From positions 186,001 to 250,000 of the forward strand of contig NW_026856964.1 in the NCBI RefSeq assembly GCF_026571515.1: a stretch of DNA of 64,000 nucleotides. Direction: 5' to 3'. The notes beneath the pieces were generated by a model that saw only the letters and a program-made list of their open reading frames with translations, was not told the origin of the DNA and searched no databases. The position numbers and the translations under genes are program-made. Shown piece after piece: positions 50,894 through 64,000 of this stretch (position 1 is the first letter of the stretch; each line of letters starts with the position of its first letter). The stretch is from Ruditapes philippinarum (lineage: Eukaryota).

Positions 50894-52739
50894 TTCTTGC
50901 ACAAAACAACCATATTTTGGAAATATTGGAAATTGTTCTTGCCTTTTTATAAAAAGAATGACAACCAAACATTATTACGCAGATAAGGCTGGATTCGTGT
51001 GCAACGTAATGCGGTGGACCCGCAAGCATAAATGTCAATTGTGATGGTTTAACTTGACATATAACGCAATTTTCAATCAAGTACAACCTTTTCTTACTTT
51101 GACCGCAGACAATGTTTTTTATTTGGTGTCTGAAACGATATAATTATTATAGTATATAGCATTTTTACATCAAGGCATATGAGTTATACAAATATTCAGT
51201 CAAACATATGTCTATTGCGTTTTCGAGAGTATCATAATTATTATTAGTTAAAAAGATTTTTTGACAGGTTGTATGGCCAAATTTTAACGGTTGTTTGGAA
51301 ATTTATAACCCGAGCTGCTAGGCATGGGTTATATTGCAAATAACTGTTTATATACGATCATATAACCCGTCAGGAATGTTTTTAACGAATTTATAATACA
51401 GCACACTTCCTTGTTAAAAACAATAAGAGGGACTTCTTCATCCATAAACATAAATCTTTATAATACTACACGTTTCTAACGTCGCTTTTCATTGGATAAT
51501 CGTGACGTTTATATAGATCTATTATCAAATGCAAATCGACGTTGCACAAGTGCAGTATTATAAACACATATAGGCAGAATTAAAGATATTCAATATAATA
51601 ATTTTATTCTATAATATTGACATGATTTTAGAAATGATAACAGAAACATTTCACGCGAAAAACAACTTAGAGGTCACCGATGTAATTTTCTGCCCTTTTT
51701 TATTAATTTGAGTTGTTTTAAGGGCAGATAACTGAATATGCAAACGGCTGAAAAATCTTTTCCCCTCTTGTTATGTTTTTCAGTATATCCTTGCATATTT
51801 AATAAAAAAAACCAAAAAATTCAATTCCATTTAATATTTCTGAAACCTTTCTTTCCAATTTCATAAGAGGTACTTTATATTCTTTAGAAGTATACCGCTT
51901 TTGAAACCATATACCATTTTTGAAACCATTTATCATCCATTAAATTAAATGAAAAGAGTCTTTGCTAACAACAAATACTAAAGACGATGTAAGCTAAAGA
52001 AACGAGGAAAATAGATCGTATCTACTTTTCGCATTATCCGCCTATGAAATAAGCATAACATAAAAAAAATTCAGGGCCAGACAAACATGAAAACGAGAAC
52101 GGTGAATGTATTTCTCTCATTGAAAGTTTAGAGCGTTTTTTCTTCATTATGACTCCAGAATACGTCCTTAAGTTTAATCATTATACTCAGTATAAACATG
52201 TTATTTTTGTCTGTAAACTGCACTTATTTTTGATGTGATAAACAGAATATTATAATCGTATGTTTTTATCACTTAGTCTATTGAATTCGTTGGTTGGATA
52301 GCCGAGGTCAATATGACTTTCTGCCGGTGAATATCACATCATATTCAATGGCTCACAAGTCAATAATTGTTTTATTATATGAATAGGTCAAGAACAAAAT
52401 CACAAAAAGTACAACCTTATATACATGCATAAAGTTTTGCCTCGATGAAGCGTGGGAAAAAAGACGCACATGTTAGGCGTGCAACGGCTACGCGAACGCT
52501 GCGCATTCAAAAATAATTCAGGTTTATTCTCATCATTGCGGTGTAGCCTTTAAGTATAATAGTAAAGTAATGATATTTTAATCGAGAAATATACCATAAA
52601 GAACAAAAAGCAACAATTATTTTTTTAATTATCACGCGTAATTTCAATTATGATCATTACATATGAGTCACAATCTATTTTTAGACTTGAAAAATCCAAT
52701 TCAGACTGAATATGATACTACACCCAGTGAATATGATAC

Positions 52740-53006
52740 GGGGGCAAGCGTGGCTAAGGTCGTTGACTTCAAACCACTTGCTCCTCACCGCTGTGGGTTC
52801 GAATCCCGACAGGGACTTTGGATTCTTTCATGTGAGGAAGCTATCCAGCTAGCTTACGGAACGTCGGTGGTTCTACTCAGGTGCCCGTTCGTGCCTGAAA
52901 TAATGCACGGAAGGGCACCTGAAGTCTTCCTCCACAAGTAAAGCTGGAACGTCGCGATATGACTGATACTGTGTCGATGTGACGTAAAAGCCAATTAAAA
53001 CAAAAA
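52740..53006 (+). mobile_element. Near-full-length tRNA-derived SINE (resembles bivalve Meta-core SINEs) with a 12-bp TSD
   Basis: B box gggttcgaatccc, core tgtgaggaagctatccagct..gtcggtggtt..gtcttcctccac, A-rich tail. TSD agtgaatatgat at 52726-52737 and 53007-53018. Confidence 0.88.
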
Positions 53007-54103
53007 AGTGAATATGATTTTATAAAAAGTTCTGTTGACTACTGTTTGGACCAATAAGATTTCAGCTATATTTAGATCATATGATAATATGTTATATTAT
53101 ATTATTCCGTTCATTACTTCATGCATGGATACAATTGGTTTAACAGTTCTATGAAATCAATAAAGTGCCATCAGCAATAAATATTAATTGAATCGATTAA
53201 CCATTATATAAGAGATAAAACAATCAATCTTTCGAAATTAAATGAGATAGGCGGCAACTATGCAATTAAATGAGCGAATTTTTTTCTGATCTTGCATGTG
53301 CATACAATATACATTTCAATTTTTAAAAAAGCTAAGAAATAAGTGTTTATATGTATTTTATTGTTAATTATTATTATGGTCTACCACTCAACCTAGTTGA
53401 CTCAAGCTGTGTTTAGTACAAACCATGTTTCCTCATATGGTATTTGAGAAACTGATTAAAGATAGTTGCATGATGAAGAAATATTCAAAAATATTGAAAA
53501 GATGTCATAATACAATTCTGTTTTTACTTGGTATAAAGTTTTGTATTTCATTGTTTTTTCGTTTATTGCCATTCGAGTGGTTTGATATCTCTTTCCTACG
53601 ACACAGTCAGTTATTTCAAACAAAAAACAAACTAATAAGGTACAGTTACGGATAAAATATCTGCTTAAAAGCGCATGACACAATCGGACCTTTTCTGCTA
53701 TTATTTCATTTTAAAGTTCTTATCCAAAGACTGCCGAAAAGGGCGCAAGAAAGTATACATATCAAATTGTAAAGGCAGGCATGGCGCAGCGATTTCGTTA
53801 TCCATCGAAATGACGAATGGAATAGTATTATGTTAACATAATCAAAAGAGATAAACTGAAGAAAGTAAATAAACTTTGAGAAACTGTTTTTATAAAGTAA
53901 CGTTGCACCCTCAAGTTTGTTATAACGTGATAGCCAATCAGATGTAAGAAAATTACATTACATTAAAACCTTCTATACCCATGTATCAGGTTATATTTGT
54001 TCATTGTGATGAAAGTGTTAACGATGAATCAGAAATATCACATTACAACTTAAATTTACCTAGGTTTTTATAATTTCAGGGCATGCGAACCAGAGAGGGA
54101 AAT

Positions 54104-54164
54104 ATGTCGGCCAGTGACTGTATTGTCATCTTTATGTTAGTTGTTTCATGTCAAGGCCAGGGAG
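54104..54164 (+). CDS. Receptor B exon 1 (signal peptide)
   Basis: MSASDCIVIFMLVVSCQGQG; an extra in-frame ATG lies at 54083. Confidence 0.8.
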
Positions 54165-57100
54165 GTATTAAGATAACTTTTGAATATCTATTTTAAATCA
54201 ACATTTTAATCTAGGGGCTACTTTTTCCTGTGAGGTGTACTTGTCAATCATATCACCGAATGATTAAGATAAACAATAAGTTATATAACATCTGCTTTTT
54301 TCACACCAAACTGTGAAGAGCAATATGCCGACTTTATAAAAATTTTGGTGGAAGTAGGTCAGACGTTCTGGTTCATTGTTTCAAGGGCCTAGAAACACGG
54401 ATGTTGCCTATATGTTATTAGCTAGTTGTTAGCCATATTTATATCCTCCTGGTGGTATTTGAACCCACAGTAGTTAAGGGCAAATTATCGAAATTTAGCG
54501 CAGCCACTCCGTTTTTTTAGTACTAGCATTGGAAGTTATATCAAAACTAACACCATAATTATCACTAATATCATATCAAGTTATACTTGCATCATCATCA
54601 TGATCATCATCGTCATCATAACATCAACAACGTCATCATCATCATCTTTTTCTTCTTCTTTTTCTTCTTCATCATCATCATCATTATCATTATCATCATC
54701 ATCAATATCACCACCACCACAACCAAAACCACCACCAATTCATTCTCCTTTTTTGTCGTCGTCGTCATTGTGATTTCATTTTATATGTTTTTGATAATCC
54801 TTTTAATGAACAAGCTTATGCATTTACAAATATTTTGTAGGGTTCACGTATATTCAAATTTTTATCCGTTATCATTAAGATGTAATCACACATCGCTGTA
54901 TTCAAATTGATAGACTCATGTATGTACCATTTATGTATTTCAATAGATTGAATATATTCAGTTTACATAGTTACTTGTTGTCGACCTCATGGAAGATATA
55001 TTGTTGTTTAAATGAGAACTCCTATTAAATAAAATCTTTATTATTGCTTATCTAAGTCCATCAAAACATAGCTTCATAAATGAATATTATTACTTTTTGA
55101 GGAATGGTGACAGGTTATATGGTCAAGAACAAACTGCTGCTGCATCATCATGTAAAAATCACGCGTCGCAAGAATGTTATATAGCAAATAACTGTCTTTA
55201 AACATCAATGTAACCCGTAAAAGTTTATAAAATGCATTTCTAACACTGCATGCACCACAATTTAAACATAGATCATTTCATAACTTGTGTGTTAGGGGGG
55301 CTTCCATTGCTTTATGACTCCGTTCACTAGCCTCACAGTGTCTGTAGGTTCAATTACAGACGGGGTCTTTGATATATCGCAAAAGCGGAAAATATCTAGC
55401 TAGCATTCAATTTTCATTGATATAATTTTAATCGTTTTCAAGTTCCTGTCGTGAATTGTCAGTAAGCTTCCATCTCTCTTTATCATGCAATCAAGAAAGT
55501 GTAACGTTCATCGTATTATTTTTTTAGCTATTCTCAACAACAGTGTCCTGTGGGTAGCACGTGATGGTCATCTCTATTTTAGTACACGACTACAGGAGTG
55601 GACAGAGGCCAAAATCACCCCGCTGGAATTTGGGCAGGTAGGAGAATTACTCGGAATTTAATACTGATCATTTCTTTAACGAATATGCATATTGAGAAGA
55701 AATAACACTTCATATCACCACACACACTAGCAGACCGAGACAAAAAGTGATGATTGAGGCAGAAAATAGGTGGGTGTGGAGTAAAAGATTAGGGGTGGTT
55801 GAAGAAAAATGTTGAGGGTGGGTCACACTAAGGTAAAGCGGTAAAGCATCTAAATTTTAACAATATAATGCCATTTGCAGTATGATTTGAACTGAGGATA
55901 AACTTATATCGATTATATTTTTATTAAAATCTCTATTCTTAATATTATATCTGTTATTGTATTAACTATAACGATGCAGAACAGTGAATCATTTTGGCAT
56001 TTCTGAATATATTTACTTTTTATGTGCAATGAGACCAGTTTTAAACAACCTGTCGATAACTTTTTCCTTGCAAATCGATGAACTACAAGCTGCATATGTA
56101 ACATTCCAAGCGCAAAAAGTAGTTTCAACATTTGAATGGCATAATGCCTAAAACATATAAGATGCATTGAAATATATATAAAGAAGCTGGTGCAAGCTAT
56201 AGAATGCTTTATACATTGGGTAAATTATCAAAAGAGTAAGCAAACATGATATAAAATGCTATTTTCTATATTTAAAAAGCGATAATAGATCGAAAGTTCA
56301 AAAGTCATTTTAATATGATGTTATGCTTTATATTCAAATAGTAATAAAAGATCGATTGATATGCTCTCATGATGACCTTTTCACTATGTGTAATTATTAT
56401 CTGTCAAATAATGACTTTCTTTGAATGGCACTCCAGAAAGAGCGTGACACTGCATCAGTATTTTAGGGCTAAACAAAAATTTACAAAAATGTTTAATAGA
56501 AAATGTGAACGGTTCTATTGTGCCGATTTGAATGGAAATTTATTATTACATTTGTAATATTGTAAAATTATTGACTTAAGCCATTGAATATGATGTGATA
56601 TTCACCGAAATATAATATATTCATCGAGACTAAAGCCGAGGTCAATATGTTATTTTGCGGTTGAATATCATGTCATATTCAATGGCTTGCTAGTAAATAA
56701 TTGTTTTATTGTATGAATAGGCAAAGATAAAACACATACACACACACACACACGCACGCACGTGCGCGTGCACGCACACACACAATTATAAGGAAATACA
56801 AAACACAACTTTTGCTTGTTTTCATGGAAGTTAACGGTTCCAATTTTATCAGTGTGAATGGAAATTTAGTATCACATTCGTAATATATATGTTATTATAA
56901 AGCATATTTTATTGTGTTATTAAAATGCTTTTTGAAAGTTCGAGGAAAAGCACATTCAAGAGCAAAAGATGGTTATCGATATTTAACAGAAATTAAAAGA
57001 GTTCCATTTTGTACATTTGAATGGAAATTAAGTATCACATTCGTAACATATATAGTTATAAGTATATATTATTGTTTAATTAAAATGTCTATTGAACGTT

Positions 57101-60100
57101 CGAGGTGAAGCTAATTCAAGAGCAAAAGATGAATAACAGTGTCATTCGGTGACCACTGGGTGACTTTTTCTGTGAGAAACAATGTAAGATGCTTACTGTT
57201 TGTGAACGTTGTTGTCCCTTGTAATTCTGAACACCCAAACATACGAAATAAAATTCATCTGTAGTCCATTTGTCTTAGGAAACTTTTTTTATTGTATCAT
57301 ACAGTCAATTCACAGTGTTGACATTGAAGGCGCAAATCCAAGTCATGGCATTGCCGTGGATATACCAACTCGACATCTTGTTACCATTAACTCCGAAAAG
57401 GACTTTTATGCGATTGCACTCTTTGATCTTGAAGTTTATAGGATAACATACTTTCATGTAGGTATCTCTAAAGGTAAGGTTCCTATGATATTTTCAGTTA
57501 AAATTACAGAATTAGGCGTAAGTGTAAAATTGTATGTAAGTTGTATTTATCAAATTTATGTAAGACTTTAGAAAACATATGATTCGATATAAAAACCGTT
57601 GAAAAGCTACAAATACATGTTTTATATATTAAATATACTAGAGAATGCTCCAAATATGTACATGTCTCACGGCAAATTTGTGATCTTAAAGGCCCATTAT
57701 GCCTCAGTAATGCTTTTTATTTCTCTATAGCATTGTGTTTTTGATGTACTTCTACAGTTTCAAAAACAGTTGCTCATTGGCCAATAATCTGTTTCTTCTG
57801 GTGCTTTTTATATTTTGTACAGTTATAGTGATTGTGTATTTTGTATGGAAGTCAAAATACTACTTTATTTACATTTTGCTACTTTTATGTCTAGTAATTA
57901 CATAATTAGAGCTACTTTTCTCAGGTAAAAAAATGTCTAAAAAGCTTTAAAACCATTTTTTTAACGGTACACGTCTCATGTTTGACCGTTCTTTAGAAGT
58001 AAAAAATCATTTCTTTAGGCATAATGTGCCTTTGAGACAAATAGTATATATTCTAAAAGGTATAGCGTTGCTTTTATGTGTTTTACCTGTAGAGTCCAAA
58101 CTTTCACAATATTTGAACATTTCTTTTTAAATTTCACGAACATGTACTTTGTAATGATTTCTATCAACACGGGATCAAAATCTTTATTCTATCTACTACA
58201 TATAGAACAATAGAAACGTATGTTCAAAGGGTAAATTAATGTGAACATATTATTTTGAAATTTGATTTTTTAGTCTTTTATTGCAGACATTGGACATCTT
58301 GCGATAGACTGGTTAGGTCGGAACGTGTATTGGACGGACGCAGGTTTCGGTTGGATAGCTATGAAACATTTACCAGAGAACATTAATCAAATAAATTCAG
58401 CTGATCAAAATTTCAGGGTTGTTGTGGACGAGTTCATAGAGAAGCCTACAGGGATAGTTGTACACCCGGAAAGATAGTAATTGTTACATATCTAAACTTA
58501 TATTACAGCGCTTTAACAGCGCTTTGTTTACAAGAATTCCGGATTATTCATATTCGGACACCCTATAAGAAGGCCTAAATTTGAAAGTTTCTGACAGTCA
58601 GTTTTGCAAAAAATAACCCCAATAGTCTTTATCTAACCATTTATTTAAATGCCGCGTTTGTCAAGTTATATAGAATACCTTGCTAGTGTCGGATATTACA
58701 ATATTTATCAGACAAGGCTAAGAAAAAAAAGAAGGTCAAGTCTCAGCCAAACCTTTATTTGTCTCGTACCGAGCCTGATAAATTTTATAATATAAGACAG
58801 ACACTTTTTTGGTATACTATTTATCATATTTGCACTTTTAATATGCGTTTTATTTTTAAATTTCAAATAAAATAAAAAAAAATATGCCAGGTCATGTTGC
58901 ACGCAGTAATATGCCGAGGGTCATATCTTTAACATATAGCCCGAAATGTGTTTAGTCAATATATTCGTTTTAAATTTTATCAGTTTAATATTTAAAACTA
59001 GCAAGAGGTTAAATATTCCATTCTCTTTATTTTATTTCAATATGTATTGATGAGGTGTATGATTAAGCTGAGGGGGACTGAGAAAGCTAAATTTATCAGG
59101 TCATAATCTTATCAACAGAAATCAATGTAATCACGTGATAAAATGGAAATACTTATATCAATGTGTGTCAAATAGCTTTATGCATTCGAAGTAACGAATT
59201 TATTAGCTCCTATAAACTGAAACAATATTATTCTTAGGGATTAACATACTTCTTCAGAGAAAAAAAAGGAAATACTTTGAAATGGTTTACTTTAAGACTG
59301 AAATAGGGTTTTTTTTTTATTAATTTCATGGACATATTTTTCGATGTCAAATTGGGCTGAATTAGTAATATATACCGGAATATCAAGATCGGCTGTTATA
59401 TAATGATTATTGTTTATTAATACCTATGCTTCTATTTATAGTAACAAAATCAAGGGTATTTCAGGGCCAAGATGGCTGCTGACGTTGAATGAATATAGTT
59501 ACTTACCAATTGTTTTAAATAAATTAATCGATCACAATCAGCAAAGCTTAACATTGAGTATTTATAAACTCCAGACAATACACGACCCTCAGAAATTCCA
59601 AAATGATTATAGATTGACGGTAGGAAAAGATTAATCGTTCGCATTTAGACCTAGACATCAGAAACCGTTCTTGAAGGCACAAAACTTCATAAAATACTGG
59701 CACTATATCTTTATTAGAAATGCAATTCACACAAAAATGTAAAGAGTAGAGTATTTATCGGTAAAACAACAATAAAACAACATTCTCTTATATTCATTTA
59801 GTGTTGTCTCCATTCTCTAAGTTAATCGGAGTGTTAAACTGTATGACAGATATTTGTTTACATTGACAACTGTCCGTTTCTTAGAAAGGACGACAACCAA
59901 GATTAGCGACGATGTCTAAACGCCGTATTTCGGACATAGCATTTAAGACGTTAATCGAGTTCACAATGTTTAACGGTAGTTGTAGAAATTTACGTTGGTA
60001 TGAAACAGCTCTAGGTCATTTGATTTGTACGACGGGGCTAATTCCCTGAATGTGATATAACAGATTACCGAGTGTTTTGATTTTGCTCTCTTTTGTATCA

Positions 60101-63100
60101 CAGTCAAAAAATAAGATCACGTCCCTTTTTGTCATACTATGAAACCCCATATGAACGAGCATCTGAATATGACATTTCTTTCGTTATCTCGTTCTCTGTC
60201 GTCACATTAAGTACACCCCAGAAAAAATGAGTCATTCGGTGAGCATGCTATGGAGTGCGGATAACTTATACCTGTACCCAAGTTAACGCTCTGAACATGT
60301 ATATGTATACAATTTAACTCTGACATAATTTCAACACAAAGGTCCCCAAACTATGATATACGTGAACAATTGATTTTGTTTTCATAGTAAAATATAAAAT
60401 TTAACCCAATTATAGCAAAATATTTAGTTATCTTTATTTCTACATGTTCACTTACAAGTTACACTTTGATAAACATTATTTCATTTAAACCATTTTAATG
60501 AAGACTCCAAAGCATTTTACTACATTGCAAACATATATAGAAATGTATCCAAAGAAACTGTTTCAGCTTTTTGTTTTGGACTGACACCGGCCATACTCCA
60601 AAAATAGAAAGGTCTAATCTGATTGGTCAGGAAAGAAAAACAATCATTTGGCAGAGTATTATCACGCCTACAACGCTATGTATTGACCAATCAGCGGAAA
60701 GATTGTATTGGAGTGACCCAGAAAGAAGAACTATTGAATATTCAGATTTTGATGGAAATGGCAGACGAATACTTGTGTCGCATCCAGAACTAAACTACTA
60801 TGGAATTGCAGTATTTCGGGTATCTAAAACGAAAAATTCTGAATACTTTATTCAAAGGCATCACTTGTAAATGAAGTCCTTATTTAAGATTTCGCTCCAA
60901 TGTAAAACGAGGTTGACATTTTTGTGTAATTTTAAAAGAATATGGTAAATGTAGTGTTTACATTAATAACCACAAATATGAATAGTAAATACGATTGTTC
61001 TGTAAATCATTTCTTACAATATGAAAGTTACTGATCGGTCAATTGACGAATACGTGTTACATGATGCTGAAAGTCTTAATGTCGGATTGTTTTCTATACA
61101 CACACAACTTTGTCTCAGCAATAAGTGTTGCTGCTTTGCATTTGACACAGAGCTTCTGTCCCAGTGGAGTGCTTTTGTGTTGTTTTTTTTTATAAAATCT
61201 AAAGCTATGGCAATATAAAGGGAGGGGAGAGTATCTTTGACAAAGTGCTTAAGGGCGTTGATTTTAAAATACTTGCCACCCACCGCTTTGGGTTCAACTC
61301 ACTCCAGGAACGTTTGATTCCTTCATGTGAGGAAGCTATCTATTCAGTTCCGGGAGCTTCGTTGTTTTACTGTGATGTCCTTTAAAAGTAATGCTTAACA
61401 TAGGTCATATGACTTTGATAGTATTGGTGCAACGTAAGCCTAACCCACCCTGACCTTTGTAGTATGTTTATATGATTAGAAAAGTCTAAACATGAAATAT
61501 TTGAAGTTTCAGTCCGGCGTCTGTCAATCAACTCATCAATTCGGCTCATTTCTAAGCTCTTTCATCATTTATTATTTCAGGATTCACTCATATATACAGT
61601 GCCAAATTTTAATAGAACGGGGTACGTTTCGCTGAAAGAAAATAATGAAGGCGAACATATACAAGCCAGTATAGAAATTGAAAAGACCAAACTTTTCGAT
61701 GTGATGGCATATGCATCAGAAATTCAGGAAGAACCGACAGATGGTAAAGTGAACTCTTATAATTGTTTTAAAAGATCTTTTTCTTACAAGTTCTAACGCC
61801 TTTTATCTCATACATATTTTATCTAACCAATCGTAATGCTAATACACCTTTTGACGTAAACACCACTTGACGTTTACACAATTTGACATAAACACCGCTT
61901 GACATATACACTACTTGACATATACAAAACTTGATATATACGATATATACACCACTTGACATATAGACCATTTGATTTATACGCCACTTGACGTATCCAC
62001 CACATGACATATACACGACTTATTCACCACTTGAGATTTACACCCCTTGACATAAACTCCATATATATTGACATATCAATCAGTTGACGTATTCACCATT
62101 TGACATATACACCATTTGACATATACACCATTTGACATATACACCATTTGACATATACACCATTTGACATATACACCATTTCACATATACTCAACTTGAA
62201 GTATTCATCACTTGACATGTACACCACTAGACGTATAAACCATTTTACATATACCCCAATTGCTGTATACACAATTTGACATACGAGTATACACTACCCG
62301 ACGTAAATACAACTGTATATATTACCACTTGACCTTTATGCCAATTGACACATTCAACAACAACCGGGGACAACTACAGTTGACAGAATGTCATTTATCA
62401 CAGCGAGGCAATTGTGTAAGAACTTTCAACAACATAGTAAACATAAAATGTAATAAATGTAATATAAATTTAAAGTTACTTGCTTTTTTGTTTTTCAAAA
62501 GCATTGTGTAAGAAAGTAAATGAATGTGATCAAATATGTCTACATATGGAGATGGATGCTGGATTCACGTGCCTCTGTAGTGATGGTTATGACCTCATTT
62601 CCGGCCGTAATTGTACAGGTAATGTTTTCATTTTTCTTGTCATTCAGCATTTTTTTCTCCGGTGATTTGAAGAATTTGATACTGCTTGGTCTGCCAAAAG
62701 AAATTTGTGAAAAGAAGAGATCATTATACTGAGACTTGGTTTGATTAAGATTATTCATTGGCAATACGAAATTATCCAACATCCCCTACTCCTCCTAGCA
62801 TTAATTTAAGCAGTATTAAATTTTCAGCACTTAACCTTTCACTATAATGGTCTTGGCGGAAAGGAAAGATAAAATTACACCGAGAGTGTGAGAGATGTTG
62901 TTTTCATCGTTGTTCCCCACAAGGAGAATCTTACCCCTTGTTAACACAAGTTTGATGCCATTGTTTTCGATGGATCTCCTTTATTATGCATTGTTACCAT
63001 CATCCTTGGAAGAGAAAAAATGACTTGCACTACCCAATTGTCGATGCCATTTTACATATTTACAGATTCATCTGACAATGCTCATTTACCTAATTGTAAA

Positions 63101-63838
63101 ATTTGCTTATATAAGTGGTTACTTCAGGTATTGTTTTAATCTGTCATTCTTAGCCATTCTTAGTTTTGTTCCCCGCTGTACATAATTCATACCGAGAAGG
63201 TATTGTAAAGAAAACAATATTACGGATAATCCAACACAAGTATGTAGCTCAGTGGATTCTGACATTAATTAATACATTTTTGTTCCCTAAAATTTCATGC
63301 GTTTATCTTTTTTGTCTATTTTTATCTATTATTAATATTATAATTAGGTTCTTTAATATTTGCAAGTCAAGGTTTTGAACTATTTATTTTAAAGAAACAT
63401 AATCTGCAAAATTGTAATACATGCACTAAGAAAATTGCTGTTATATTTCATTTTCTTTTACTTTCGCAATAAAAAAAAGATATTTATAAAACAGTCTAAG
63501 GAATGAAGTTGGCAATATTCTAAATCAAACAAAAACTTTGTTACCCCAAGACATAACTTAATTATAAAAATAAATGTGTCAAATGTTAATTCTGCAAATG
63601 ATCTTACTATGATTGACACTATCAATATTGGTGTCAGACACTTTCTCATTGTTATCTTTTGTGATGCAATTTTGTTGTTGTTTTCAGTTGATGAAAAAGT
63701 GTTGGAGAGACATATTTTGTTTACAAATGACAAAAGCATATGCGCCGTTCCTGTATCTGTACTTAGCCTTGGGAGCTCTGTTGCAGCTATCTTTTCTATA
63801 CATTGTGATCTGGTGCAAAGTGATAGCTACGTTACTAG
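54104..63838 (+). CDS. LRP-like receptor copy B (tandem paralogue): exons 1-8 intact, gene continues beyond the window
   Basis: Exons 54104-54164, 55528-55637, 57305-57473, 58287-58476, 60567-60819, 61581-61743, 62502-62618 and 63688-63838 splice in frame with GT-AG sites and mirror copy A. Confidence 0.92.
54588..54770. repeat. Compound (CAT)n(TTC)n(CAC)n(GTC)n microsatellite
   Basis: Read directly from the sequence. Confidence 0.9.
55528..55637 (+). CDS. Receptor B exon 2
   Basis: ILNNSVLWVARDGHLYFSTRLQEWTEAKITPLEFGQ. Confidence 0.85.
56564..56707. mobile_element. Palindromic Crypton-like non-autonomous repeat; related pieces at about 52262-52390 and 51255-51395
   Basis: ccattgaatatgatgtgatattcaccg pairs with cggttgaatatcatgtcatattcaatgg around a cgag..aagccgagg centre. 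Superfamily assignment is from memory. Confidence 0.6.
57305..57473 (+). CDS. Receptor B exon 3 (hypervariable)
   Basis: SIHSVDIEGANPSHGIAVDIPTRHLVTINSEKDFYAIALFDLEVYRITYFHVGISK. Confidence 0.87.
58287..58476 (+). CDS. Receptor B exon 4
   Basis: IGHLAIDWLGRNVYWTD...HPER; one amino acid differs from copy A. Confidence 0.9.
60567..60819 (+). CDS. Receptor B exon 5 (two YWTD repeats)
   Basis: FLFWTDTGHTPKIERSNLIG...RLYWSDPERRTIEYSDFDGNGRR. Confidence 0.92.
61240..61445 (+). mobile_element. Decayed SINE of the 52740 family, shared with copy A at about 25250-25505
   Basis: gggttcaac..ttcatgtgaggaagctatc core; the same 3' junction (gcctaacccaccctgacc) is present in both paralogues. Confidence 0.7.
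61581..61743 (+). CDS. Receptor B exon 6
   Basis: DSLIYTVPNFNRTGYVSLK...LFDVMAYASEIQEEPTD. Confidence 0.87.
61840..62350. repeat. 16-bp minisatellite (atatacaccatttgac), roughly 30 degenerate copies
   Basis: Perfect 16-bp period at 62101-62180. Confidence 0.92.
62502..62618 (+). CDS. Receptor B exon 7 (EGF 1)
   Basis: LCKKVNECDQICLHMEMDAGFTCLCSDGYDLISGRNCT. Confidence 0.9.
63688..63838 (+). CDS. Receptor B exon 8
   Basis: DEKVLERHILFTNDKSICAVPVSVLSLGSSVAAIFSIHCDLVQSDSYVT. Confidence 0.87.
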
Positions 63839-64000
63839 GTGTACCTGAATTAACTTTATTATAATTTAATATTTAAGATTCCTTTAATGAACGTAGATGT
63901 TATTGCTGATCAATAAAATTGTTTTTTCTTCGGAATTTTAATATTTTAGGTTATCATAAAACCTTACAATGATAAACATCTCTAATGGACTTGGTCATCA

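Noticed and set aside
52663-52941. 92-aa ORF
   Set aside because: It reads through the SINE.

Overview
AT-rich eukaryotic genomic DNA with spliceosomal introns. The SINE, Helentron-type and microsatellite repeats point to a bivalve mollusc (inference). No prokaryotic features, rRNA, intact tRNA or CRISPR array were seen. From left to right the window holds: a decayed L2/CR1-group LINE; a non-autonomous Phantom/MULE-type element; a 3-exon orphan coiled-coil gene (319 aa); an intronless ankyrin-repeat gene (349 aa); and a satellite/foldback cluster. It then holds a tandem pair of LRP-like type-I membrane receptor genes. Copy A (19118-44506, 25 coding exons, about 1280 aa) has the architecture signal peptide - 3x(YWTD propeller + EGF) - Sushi/CCP - TM - Tyr-rich tail, with no LDLa repeats. 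Copy B starts at 54104 and runs off the window. The main signal is between the two copies: exon 3 differs at 20 of 54 aligned codons, all amino-acid changing and none silent, while exon 4 differs at 10 silent and 1 replacement codons. This suggests a diversifying receptor array (immune, allorecognition or gamete-recognition-like; function is inference). The middle of copy A (about 24.0-31.5 kb) is full of small insertions and looks like unpolished long-read sequence rather than a true pseudogene.
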